Made by a program: the position numbers and the translations under genes
In this document: piece by piece, positions 20,393-29,300 of the stretch
Position numbering within the stretch: position 1 is the stretch's first letter
Layout of the letters: each line of letters starts with the position of its first letter
The notes under the pieces: generated by a model
Databases searched by the model: none
Told to the model about the DNA's origin: nothing
The model's input: the letters and a program-made list of their open reading frames with translations, nothing else
Sequence record: k141_463225
Strand: one strand, 5' to 3'
Length of the DNA stretch: 32,000 bases
From: a metagenome

Positions 20393-20701
20393 CTAGTCCC
20401 AACCTGGTTTCTCTTTGAGCTCCCATATAACCCCAGCTGTTGGAGATGCCTTTGGATCCGATCCAAGGTGCTTGACATAGTGCGTATTTGCCATAATTTG
20501 TTCAACTTCCTTTTGATCTTTTTCCGTTTTGGCTCGAATAACTGTCTTCAGATCTTCCCATTGCAGGGTACAGCCATCAAATTTCCCAAATCGGTACAAA
20601 TTGTCCCGTTGATGTCTGCTTCCGAGGCACCTCGACCATTCGTCAAAGTAAAGAGAAATATCTATGGTCTGCTTGTATTTTTCTTTTGATTGCAACGGCA
20701 T
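20393..20701 (-). CDS. Small PANTS/UPF0545 (DUF3128, Emi1-like) family protein
   Basis: 102 aa with ATG at 20701. The core YFDEWSRCLGSRHQRDNLYRFGKFDGCTLQWEDL matches the pattern I recall for human C22orf39/PANTS (Y..EW..C.S.RH....Y..G....C..W..DL). The tail VIWELKEKPGWD corresponds to VW......PPDW. This rests on recall only. Confidence 0.6.
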   Translation of the reverse strand: MPLQSKEKYKQTIDISLYFDEWSRCLGSRHQRDNLYRFGKFDGCTLQWEDLKTVIRAKTEKDQKEVEQIMANTHYVKHLGSDPKASPTAGVIWELKEKPGWD

Positions 20702-20972
20702 GCTCTTTGTTTTAAGGATAGATTCGAATGAAAATTGTGCGCGCTCAGAGTAACAGATTTAGGTGTGCTACTGGAAACTGTGAAATAATTGGAGTTGCGG
20801 CGGCTGGACTAGCACTTTTTTACCACGAAAGTCTGCGTTGCTGAGAAAGCAAATTTTACTGTACTTATGTGTGGAAGATTCCATGACTCTCCGGGTTTAG
20901 AAATGAACTGACTGTAAACTACTTTCAAAGTTTAGACTGCACTTCGCCAAGGCATTCCATCCTTTGGCTACT

Positions 20973-21800
20973 ATGGCTACAATTTGCTGTCTGTGTTATC
21001 TGTTGTGTGTGATGCGTTCCACACCCCTGCTAGTGTTGATTATCCTTTGTCCAGGAGGTTTCAGTAGCTTTGTTCCTTCAGTACCGATACTGGATTGTAC
21101 TGAAGTGAGGACATCGCGGATAAAAGGGGCGGCCGTGTCTTTGTTGGAGGATTACGACTCTTTATGGAAGCAATACCAATACAATTCGCGTTCTCCGTTG
21201 AAACAAGCTTTTGAAAAGGCTGGGGGTATTCTTTATCGAACATCTGTGTTTTCAAAAGAAGAATGTACCAAGATCGAAAAGGACCTTCATCAGGTAACAT
21301 CTTGTCTCAAGGACGAGTTGACCTCCTCGGTGGCCACGAATCGAATGGGAGCAGCAGTATGCCCCAATAGTGCAACCATTCAGATATTTCAATCGGGAAG
21401 TTTGACAACATTAGTCCAATCTATAATGGGTCATGATTACCGATTGTCGACCAGAGTCCCTGTTGAATTGAGAACATATGAAAAAGTAGGAGCTGGTATG
21501 CAATGGCATGTGGACGATGTGTTGTATGATCCACCCCAGCTGGAGGTGGTTTGGACAATGGAAAATAATTCAGATTGTCAAACCATGTGGAGAGATGCTG
21601 CAAGCATGATGCAAACTGTGGAAACGGATGCAAATTCAGTGATTCTCTTGACAGCCGGAGGTGTACCACATTGTGTCTCATCATTGAAACATGGTAGACG
21701 TGTGATTGTCAAATGTGTCTATCATAAAGAAGGTGCCAATTTTCATGAAAAGGAGTGGGCGCCAAAGTTTCCTTCTACAACATTAGTCAAGAAGAGATGA
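20973..21800 (+). CDS. 2-oxoglutarate/Fe(II)-dependent oxygenase-like protein with N-terminal signal peptide (possible plastid targeting)
   Basis: Track start 20964 is TTG; the ATG is at 20973. Facial-triad-like layout: WHVDD (HxD), then GGVPHCVSS (distal His), then GRRVIVKCVY (2OG-binding Arg on the following strand). N-terminus MATICCLCYLLCVMRSTPLLVLIILCPGGFSS/FVPS. Confidence 0.55.
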   Translation: MATICCLCYLLCVMRSTPLLVLIILCPGGFSSFVPSVPILDCTEVRTSRIKGAAVSLLEDYDSLWKQYQYNSRSPLKQAFEKAGGILYRTSVFSKEECTKIEKDLHQVTSCLKDELTSSVATNRMGAAVCPNSATIQIFQSGSLTTLVQSIMGHDYRLSTRVPVELRTYEKVGAGMQWHVDDVLYDPPQLEVVWTMENNSDCQTMWRDAASMMQTVETDANSVILLTAGGVPHCVSSLKHGRRVIVKCVYHKEGANFHEKEWAPKFPSTTLVKKR

Positions 21801-22584
21801 TGATTCAATGGTTCAATGGTTACAACCAGTATGATAAATTATATCAGATCAAGGGAGTTGAATCATCAGGTGACATGTGAGTGATCCTGCCCCAAGATGT
21901 GAGAATTACCTTGGTGGCTATGGTACTCAGCAATAGCTGAATGAAATGTGAACAAGACACTAGTCACATTTTGGATTGGTGATGTTGCTAATAACTATTG
22001 GGCTTATGATTAACAGCCAAGTGAGGAAAGCAGATGGTACATGCAGGAATGATGCAAGTATAAATACAGCAATTGTGAACAAACAATGCAAGTATGGATG
22101 TGTGACCAAACCAATCCTATGTTCACAAGACACTAAAAGAAAGTCTAGAAAAGAACTCATAATGAAGTAAAGGGAAAATCTGTTTTTCAGCCTTTACACT
22201 TCTGTCTTTAACAAAGTAAAGACAATGTGCTAGTTAAACTGATTAGACAAGACATGTCTAATGCTAAGCACTAGAAGTACTATAACACCAGTACAGTTGT
22301 TGTTCTTGTTAAACGTTGCTGGGAAAAACTGATTTGCACCTTGAGTGAGTGTGTGCATTGTGACTCCTTTTTTGTCCCATCATTGACTCTCACAATTACT
22401 ATGAGCAGTGTTGGTAGTGACACACTGTCCATCAAGGGCACCATCATGCGTATTGTTGGCTCCTGGTACATTTAGTCATCACTATCATCTTAAAGGGGGC
22501 TAAAAGAATTTGATTCCATCTTCTGAACTTGTTTCTCCTTGAAAAATAGTACATTTCCCTTGATCTGCCAATATCAGAAGTGCT
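21762..22584. other. AT-rich, nearly CpG-free spacer between convergent genes (runs into the VPS25 3' end)
   Basis: Only two CG dinucleotides by eye (22314, 22449) in about 820 nt. Short ORFs 21960..22160-, 21976..22170+ and 22280..22471- have no recognisable motifs. Confidence 0.55.
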
Positions 22585-23009
22585 CGGCGCAATACATCTT
22601 CATCAGCTCCTTGAAAGGACATACCATTGACATCTTCTCCCGAGTGCAATTCATAGATGGTACAGACAGAGCCAATGTACCCATTGGATTGAGCCCATAC
22701 ATAGACATCGGATGCTAATTGCTCAGGTTTTCTCCACAAAATCCTGCATGTGGTATGTTGGTCATCTTGCCATTCACCATGTCCTGACTGAATAAAGTCC
22801 TTCATGACAGTTTGTATTCCGTCTTGGGAGAGGGATCGTGCCATGTCTACATTGGACCACAGGGGACAGTCGTGGACGACCAGTGTTTTAATTTTGAGAG
22901 AGGTATGATAGTCTAGAATCAATTGTCTCCATACAGCTAGTTGTTTTTCTCTCGTTTCCAGGACTGGTTGGATGGTGAAAAAGGGCGGAAAGCTGTAGAA
23001 TTCAGGAAA
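22500..23009 (-). CDS. VPS25: ESCRT-II subunit VPS25 (EAP20), exon 2
   Basis: The track ORF (22500..22922) starts on TTG, but the frame stays open upstream to 23009. That stretch encodes FPEFYSFPPFFTIQPVLETREKQLAVWRQLIL, the conserved VPS25 N-terminal PPxY-like FPPFFT.QP...TR.KQL..W motif. The C-terminus ..IYELHSGEDVNGMSFQGADEDVLRRALLILADQGKCTIF....DGIKFF matches the VPS25 winged-helix end (GVKFF). An in-frame TAG directly upstream doubles as the AG acceptor. Confidence 0.85.
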   Translation of the reverse strand, partial: FPEFYSFPPFFTIQPVLETREKQLAVWRQLILDYHTSLKIKTLVVHDCPLWSNVDMARSLSQDGIQTVMKDFIQSGHGEWQDDQHTTCRILWRKPEQLASDVYVWAQSNGYIGSVCTIYELHSGEDVNGMSFQGADEDVLRRALLILADQGKCTIFQGETSSEDGIKFF

Positions 23010-23116
23010 CTACGTGTCGTTTGGTGAGTTCACAGAGACGTTGTTTCGTTGTTTCGTTATTGTTTTTGTGTGTCGATATGGTTGATCTCGGGTTGAGAGT
23101 TTGATTGTTTCCGTAC
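23010..23116 (-). other. VPS25: Spliceosomal intron of VPS25 (107 nt)
   Basis: On the minus strand the donor gtacgg starts at 23116 and the acceptor cacgtag ends at 23010. Phase 0. Confidence 0.65.
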
Positions 23117-23137
23117 CTCAAAGCTCCCTTGACTCAT
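23117..23137 (-). CDS. VPS25: VPS25 exon 1 (MSQGSFE)
   Basis: ATG at 23137 and 7 codons are followed by a GT donor. The joined N-terminus MSQGSFE|FPEFYSFPPFFTIQP parallels human MAMSFEWPWQYRFPPFFTLQP in length and content. Confidence 0.65.
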
Positions 23138-23286
23138 ATTGGACTGTATGCAATTGATTTATCCAGAACTGCAAGAGCAACCAAAAAAATCTTATGCCAA
23201 TCCCTGGAACGCCAGGATAATTGTGTGTGTGTTTCGGGTGCTGGTACTTTGTAGCACCGATTGTAGCACGAAATGAATACATACAA

Positions 23287-23330
23287 CTACCGGTAGGTAA
23301 GACTGGAATTGACGACCGGGTACCGGTAGG
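23287..23330. promoter_or_regulatory. Two copies of TACCGGTAGG (core palindrome CTACCGGTAG) in the VPS25/RMT2 divergent promoter
   Basis: Exact 10-mers at 23288-23297 and 23321-23330. A 9/10 copy lies at 23536-23544 just inside the RMT2 CDS. Confidence 0.4.
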
Positions 23331-23524
23331 ACATGATTTCACAGCGAAACTGTGTTTTTAAGGATACCCGGAGAGAGTAAACAATGAGCCGACTGTCATG
23401 GTCCGTCAGAAACCATTCTTTCCGACCCCAACGGATGACCTTTCATATATCCTCGAGTCTCATTTTTTGAATTCTTTCAATCGATAGAAGCGAACGATCA
23501 TCCGAATACGTTTCGTTTTACAGG

Positions 23525-24787
23525 ATGATGAATAGTACCGGTAGTCATATCAGTATACCGTATCCTTCCAGTGATGGAGATTACAAGATATCTTCCATGA
23601 TACACGCTTGTTCTATCGGAGATCTCGCTACGATATCTTCGTTTCTCCAGCAAGACCAACAATCAGCGTGTCATCAAGACCAATCGACTGGCCGATCGCC
23701 TCTCATGGCCGCTGCAGCTGCTGGTTACGCTCCCATTTGTACAATCCTCCTGGAACATGGTGCACCATGGAATGCCGTAGACCGATGTGGTCAGTGCGCA
23801 GGAAATTACGCAACTCAGAACGAACATTGGGATGTGGTGAGCATGATGGTCGATCACGCCACTCGAGCTGAACTCATTTTGGGCGGCGTGGCGCGATGGA
23901 ATCGATCGGAATTGTCTCATGAACCATCACCAAATCTATCTCTCCAACAACAACCGTGTACAAAACCAGATTACTTGCGACATCGATTGACATACACAGA
24001 CGACGGAAAGTCATTATTGGATGCCGATAATGATGCCATTATGATGGAATGGGAAAGACCATTGATGCAAGCCCATGCACAAGTATTAATGAGTGAAGGA
24101 CGAAAAACTGTCATGAATGTTGGATTCGGTATGGGAATTATTGATACATTTTTGCAGGAATACCAACCAGACCTGCACATTATTATTGAAGCACATCCGG
24201 ATGTCTATCAAAAAATGATTACTGACAAATGGAAGGAACGACCGAATGTTCGAATAGAATTTGGAACATGGCAGAATGTACTTCCCAAACTTGTCGAAGA
24301 AGGAATCATCATTGACGCCATTTTCTACGATACCTTTGGCGAACATTTCTTGGACCTGGAAGACTTTCATGCATATCTTCCCAAACTCCTATCCAATCCC
24401 AATGGGCTGTATTCCTTTTTCAATGGATTAGCGCCCGATAACATATTCTTTCATGGAGTGGCATGTCAATGTGTCAAACTTCAGCTTCAGCAGCTGGGTT
24501 TTCAGACTGACTTTTTGCCGTGTGAGATCCAAGTCAAGGATGAGGTTTGGGAAGGCATTCGACGAAAGTACTGGCATGGTAGAGATACCTACTACTTACC
24601 AACTTCCCGGTGGATGGCACTTACCAACACAACCATGGAAGAAGACGGCAGTGATTGTGATGATGAAGAAGTTGATCCAAGAAAAGTCAAAATGGAGGAA
24701 AATGAAAAGAGAGAAGCTACGAACAAGCGACAGCGAGTAGACCCTATAGATATAGATGTAGACCTTGTGGATCAATCAATAAATTGA
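23525..24787 (+). CDS. RMT2: Ankyrin-repeat protein arginine N-methyltransferase 2 (RMT2 / guanidinoacetate methyltransferase-like family)
   Basis: N-terminal ankyrin repeats (GRSPLMAAAAAGYAPICTILLEHGAPWNAVD). RMT2-type SAM methyltransferase core: IMMEWERPLMQAHA, VMNVGFGMGIIDTFLQ, HIIIEAHPDVYQKM, IDAIFYDTFGEHFLDLEDFH, GLYSFFNGL. Acidic C-terminal tail. Confidence 0.8.
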   Translation: MMNSTGSHISIPYPSSDGDYKISSMIHACSIGDLATISSFLQQDQQSACHQDQSTGRSPLMAAAAAGYAPICTILLEHGAPWNAVDRCGQCAGNYATQNEHWDVVSMMVDHATRAELILGGVARWNRSELSHEPSPNLSLQQQPCTKPDYLRHRLTYTDDGKSLLDADNDAIMMEWERPLMQAHAQVLMSEGRKTVMNVGFGMGIIDTFLQEYQPDLHIIIEAHPDVYQKMITDKWKERPNVRIEFGTWQNVLPKLVEEGIIIDAIFYDTFGEHFLDLEDFHAYLPKLLSNPNGLYSFFNGLAPDNIFFHGVACQCVKLQLQQLGFQTDFLPCEIQVKDEVWEGIRRKYWHGRDTYYLPTSRWMALTNTTMEEDGSDCDDEEVDPRKVKMEENEKREATNKRQRVDPIDIDVDLVDQSIN

Positions 24788-24837
24788 AAAGAATAGTTTG
24801 TTTGGATTCACACAATCGAAATTGCAATGCACACTTT

Positions 24838-25890
24838 CTATTCGAGAAAAGCTTCTGGTTCTCTAATGGCACTCCGTTGCCATGAAACTTGTTGATTTCT
24901 GGTAAATGCTGGAGGTATAATAAACGATTGTTGAAATTTGATCCCTGATCTCATTGGGTATGTATAAACCATTGGATACAAATTTGGTTGCGTGTACTGG
25001 TGAATGCCTTGCCTTACATTCAGTTTCGTGAGATTGACAAAGAACTTTGCGAGATGCAAGGAAAACGTGATGGCATCCTCATCATGATGAATATCTTCAT
25101 ATGCAATATTTGTGTTTGGATATGTGCCGTATTCAAATGCATTTTTTTCTGGATGATATTGCGTTCCATAAAAAGGATGTAAGCCTGGTTGGATTGGTTC
25201 GATAGTACTCACAAAGGGGCGTCCTTGTCGATCCGTGTTGGTAGATGTAATAGTAAACATGGCTGTCAGGTCCGGTGATTGTTGAAAGGATTCAGGAGAA
25301 ATACCAAAGTGATGATTGTTCATGGTGACATTTTGAGTAGATGCAATGGTTTGTATGTGTGCCATAGTGAAAAGTTGCGTGCGATCGGTTGTCACCAGAT
25401 TGTCCAGTGAGAGACTCATATTATATGCATCAAATCCTCCTTGTAGAGCAGCTTGTCCTTTTCCCGAGGCGATCATTACAATATACTCAAATCCTAGACA
25501 AGTACCCCAGATAGGAAAAAAAGTGCCAATAGAGTTGGCATTCAGTGCCAATTCCCAGAGTCTCCATGCTGACGAGGGAATGTCGCTGGCCCCACCTGGA
25601 AACAATAGGCCATTGATTTGAGTAAAGTACTGATCCGCATTCGTCGTATCGTAGGGAATGGCAATACTTCTTGCTCCAGCGGCTTCAAGCCATTTCACGT
25701 AAGATGCAGCAATCATGTATTCTGTTTCATTTGTATCGTTGTTAATGAAGGGCTGCGAAAGAATTCCAATCACTGGAGTGGACGTGAATGCTTCTACTTC
25801 TGCTTCTGCTACTATTGATGCTGCCACTAATGATGATGTGAGTACTGAAGAAAGGAGGAGAAACAGAACGGTAGGACGGAGAGAGGCCAT
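24838..25890 (-). CDS. GGH: Gamma-glutamyl hydrolase (peptidase C26), secretory precursor
   Basis: Signal peptide MASLRPTVLFLLLSSVLTSSLVAA. Motifs: PVIGILSQP, MIAASYVKWLEAAGARSIAIPYD, INGLLFPGGA, the catalytic-Cys motif FPIWGTCLGFEY, NNHHFGISP, and the catalytic-His motif PFYGTQYHPEKNAFE. Confidence 0.9.
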   Translation of the reverse strand: MASLRPTVLFLLLSSVLTSSLVAASIVAEAEVEAFTSTPVIGILSQPFINNDTNETEYMIAASYVKWLEAAGARSIAIPYDTTNADQYFTQINGLLFPGGASDIPSSAWRLWELALNANSIGTFFPIWGTCLGFEYIVMIASGKGQAALQGGFDAYNMSLSLDNLVTTDRTQLFTMAHIQTIASTQNVTMNNHHFGISPESFQQSPDLTAMFTITSTNTDRQGRPFVSTIEPIQPGLHPFYGTQYHPEKNAFEYGTYPNTNIAYEDIHHDEDAITFSLHLAKFFVNLTKLNVRQGIHQYTQPNLYPMVYTYPMRSGIKFQQSFIIPPAFTRNQQVSWQRSAIREPEAFLE

Positions 25891-25899
25891 CGTGGCAGT

Positions 25900-25910
25900 C
25901 TACCGGTAGG
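25900..25910. promoter_or_regulatory. Third exact copy of TACCGGTAGG (CTACCGGTAG palindrome), 10-20 nt upstream of the GGH start codon
   Basis: Direct reading of gtctaccggtaggtat. The related CGGTAGGAC occurs at 25868 and 23323. Confidence 0.4.
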
Positions 25911-26040
25911 TATTGAATACTTTCTTCCATGGACTACTGAAATTTACTATTGAACCAGAACTATGGACGCATGGAACGCAGACATATCTTACCCTGATTG
26001 CAAATGAACATTTCACATACAATAAGACTCACGAGCAATT

Positions 26041-26083
26041 ATTGAATTGAATTGAATTGAATTGAATTGAATTGAATTGAATT
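26041..26083. repeat. Pentanucleotide microsatellite (ATTGA)8 in the GGH/kinase divergent promoter
   Basis: Direct reading: eight perfect ATTGA units plus a partial ATT. Confidence 0.95.
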
Positions 26084-26187
26084 CTATTCCGTTTCTTCAA
26101 AACAAGTTTTTGAATGTATTCGGCCGTTGATAAACAGCCCATCTGTTCGTTACGGTCCAAAAAAAGACATTAGACTCTTTCAATTTC

Positions 26188-28704
26188 ATGCAAAAGGACA
26201 ACAAATCAACCTTGACCATGACAACCACAGCCATTGGTCTAGAAATCGGTCGCCGTAAACCCGATTGGCGCATTGGCAAGATGATTGGAGAAGGAGCTTG
26301 TGGCGCAGTTCATTTGCTCGAGTCCATGGATGGATCGTCGATAACGACATTTGCCATTAAAGTCGCAGAGATTCCAGCGGCGTCGGTTCCTGCTAAAAGA
26401 AAAAAGACTCTCAAACACAATTCAGACCTTTTGCATTACGAAAACTTGATATACACCTCACATTTGGCCACCCTACGAGGAAGATACATCCCGGAACTTC
26501 CTCCCGCAAAGGGACCTCCGTCGACAGGAGAAGTTGGAGGCTTCCGGTACCTTGTTATGGAACGCATGGAAGCACCATTCTGGGACATTATACCCAGATT
26601 GAGAAACACTAGAAAAAAAGCATCAATAATCGATGTAGGACCCATTGCCACACAGCTGCTTCGAATTTGTCAAGCTGTCCATGACACGAATCTGCTTGTC
26701 ATAGACTGCAAGCCGGAAAATTTTATGCTGACAGCTCCCAAAAAAGGAACACCACTTGAAAACACGATACGAATGATTGATTTAGGTCTAATGCAGACCT
26801 ATGGCAGTCCATCGGGTCATCGACCAAATGAACAAGGAGGAATGGTAGGAACACCTCTCTATTCAAGTTTAAACATTCATCAAGGAAATACTGCCAGTCG
26901 ACGTGATGATTTAGAAGCGATTGGTTATGTCATTTGCGAATTATGTTTAAGAATCATCTCAACAAATCAGGGGGATCATGCACTACCATGGAGCGCAGGG
27001 AAATCGGACGAAGAAATTTACAAGATCAAGGACGCGTGCATGTCCAAACCAAAGTCACAGTTGTTTTTGGTATTAGGAGCACTAGGAAATAAAAAATTGG
27101 AAACAATCATGAGAAAGTACTTTTCGATTGTCCGTAATATGACATACAAACAGAATCCAGACTATAACTCATTGCATGACTTGTTGGCTGATGTGAAGGT
27201 GTCCATTGACGACAAAGTAATTGCCACTCCCAAAGCAAAGGAACCCAAACCCTTGACAACTACACTCGAGGGAACTAGACGCACTCGAGCTAGTAAACGT
27301 GACGTGGAAAAAGAGGACACGGAAATCACTGCCAAGAAGCAACATGTCGTTGAATTTCGTCACGACGAATCAATGAAAGTGGAGTCTGACGATGAAACAT
27401 TTATCACAACACACGACGATGAAACGTCATTTAATACTTGTAATCAAGGTGAAATCGAAGCAATGGAATGGGAAATAATCCACGATGAAAAGCCAAAATC
27501 AAGTAGAATTGGTCTCATGGTTATCTTTACAGCTGGACCTCACGAAGGGGAATCACTTATTCTTGCCAATGGCGAACGACAATCTGTGACAGTGGGAGCA
27601 GACCCATCGGAAAAAGATGGATACTCAATTGTTGGCGATTCCGAAGTGGAGAAATCTCATGTTACATTGGTACTCAAGGCAACTAAAAAGCTCAAAACTA
27701 TTTTGTTGACAGACTTAAAGTCAGCGCATGGGACTTGGGTGAATGGTTCAATAGTGAAGAACCAGCAAAAACTTTTTATAAACGATAGTGTTGATATTGG
27801 CGTATCTACATTCAAGATTGTTCCCATTCCCGAACATGACTTGCGTTCGCCTACTGCTAAACCAACACCGAAGGCTATTTTAAAAAACGACAACGAGAAA
27901 GGATTAGCATCTGATAATGTTGGCAAGGGCGACAAGGGTGTCTCACTAAATTTTACAGCTGGGCCGTATACAGGTCAATCTATTGATTTGGTTCAAGATG
28001 TTTCAGATACGATTTATTTTGGAGCAAATCCCATCAGTGATGCATCGTTCCCCATGTCCAAGGATAAATCCATAACAAATTTATCCCATGCTTGTTTCAA
28101 GTTGGAGACTTCAAAGACATTCTTCACTGTTCTGGTTACAGACTTGAATTCTACATCAGGAACCAGTGTGAATGGAGGTAAGATCGGCAAGGGAAAGCAG
28201 CAAAAGGCTTTCATGAATGACTCTATAGAGATGGGAGATTCCGCGTTGAAGATTGTGCCCCTGTCGTCGAAGACGTTGCACAACAATTTAAATTTAAACT
28301 CTGTCACGATAGAAGAAGCTGAGTTTGCTAAGGAAAACAAGGTTCCGAGTGTTAATACTCACGCTGAGCGCAAGGGAGTCTCTCTCGTCTTTTTAGCTGG
28401 CCCATACAAAGGAGAATCAATTGATTTGGTCAAGGGTCAGTCAGAGTCAATGGTGCTGGGAGCGATGACCAGTAGTACGTCATCTTTTGCCTTAACGAAG
28501 GACAAATCCATTACTAATCATTCGCATGTTCGTTTTGAGTTGGAGACAGCAAAGAAGTTCTTCACTGTTCTTGTCACCGACTTGAAGTCGACAGGAGGAA
28601 CCAGTGTGAATGGGAGCAAGATGGGCAAAGGAAAAACACAAAAAGTCTTCATGAACGATGAAATTGAAATCGGAAGCTCTGTCGTGAAAATCAAGACACT
28701 TTAA
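26188..28704 (+). CDS. CK1-superfamily Ser/Thr protein kinase with three C-terminal FHA-like repeats
   Basis: Kinase (aa ~28-330): IGEGACGAV, FAIKVAE, LLVIDCKPENFML, IRMIDLGL, and the CK1 hallmark GTPLYSSLNIHQGNTASRRDDLEAIGYVICEL. The repeats are at aa 440-546, 583-691 and 729-838, with an FHA-type core (TDL.S..GT.VNG..........F.ND.I.IG....KI). Confidence 0.85.
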   Translation: MQKDNKSTLTMTTTAIGLEIGRRKPDWRIGKMIGEGACGAVHLLESMDGSSITTFAIKVAEIPAASVPAKRKKTLKHNSDLLHYENLIYTSHLATLRGRYIPELPPAKGPPSTGEVGGFRYLVMERMEAPFWDIIPRLRNTRKKASIIDVGPIATQLLRICQAVHDTNLLVIDCKPENFMLTAPKKGTPLENTIRMIDLGLMQTYGSPSGHRPNEQGGMVGTPLYSSLNIHQGNTASRRDDLEAIGYVICELCLRIISTNQGDHALPWSAGKSDEEIYKIKDACMSKPKSQLFLVLGALGNKKLETIMRKYFSIVRNMTYKQNPDYNSLHDLLADVKVSIDDKVIATPKAKEPKPLTTTLEGTRRTRASKRDVEKEDTEITAKKQHVVEFRHDESMKVESDDETFITTHDDETSFNTCNQGEIEAMEWEIIHDEKPKSSRIGLMVIFTAGPHEGESLILANGERQSVTVGADPSEKDGYSIVGDSEVEKSHVTLVLKATKKLKTILLTDLKSAHGTWVNGSIVKNQQKLFINDSVDIGVSTFKIVPIPEHDLRSPTAKPTPKAILKNDNEKGLASDNVGKGDKGVSLNFTAGPYTGQSIDLVQDVSDTIYFGANPISDASFPMSKDKSITNLSHACFKLETSKTFFTVLVTDLNSTSGTSVNGGKIGKGKQQKAFMNDSIEMGDSALKIVPLSSKTLHNNLNLNSVTIEEAEFAKENKVPSVNTHAERKGVSLVFLAGPYKGESIDLVKGQSESMVLGAMTSSTSSFALTKDKSITNHSHVRFELETAKKFFTVLVTDLKSTGGTSVNGSKMGKGKTQKVFMNDEIEIGSSVVKIKTL

Positions 28705-29300
28705 AGCGAAGGTAACATAATAGTTTATTCATTTCCCATGTCCTCCGTCGATTTTCTTTGTTTATTCATGTCTTTGCAAAGACTGATTAGTAGTAGTTTA
28801 GAATTGGAAATACACTTTGATAAAATTATGCAAAGAAGATAGGAGATAGCCAAAAAATCAAGCATAATGACAATGGTCTAGACAAGAAAACCAGAGCAAG
28901 ATTGGTTGTACCCAAGGTTCAATGAATCTATAACCACAAATGATCCTGACAAGAAAAAGAGACCAAGGTAAGTTGTACCAAGAATTGTTAAATATATTCA
29001 ACAAATATGGAGGAGGAATTCTATGCACACACAACCTTTTATAGGATGACCAAAATGGATTCATGAATCATGCTGAAGCAACTTCACATCGAAATCACCT
29101 CAAAGTTACCATCTACGTGAACATGAACAGGACCCTACTGCACTCAAGAGTCACCAAAAAATACATACGAAATTAGCTCTGTGCAACACTGTTATCTATC
29201 CTACTTTGGAAAGCTAAATTTCCATGCCTGTGCCGGTCAGTTGCTACATGTCGTCATAGTTGTCCATTCCAGAGGCATATTTCACTACAGACGACTTGCC

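Noticed and set aside
23118-23342. 74-aa minus-strand ORF overlapping VPS25 exon 1 and its promoter
   Set aside because: It is out of frame with the homology-supported exon 1 (MSQGSFE), it spans the promoter palindromes, and it has no motif.
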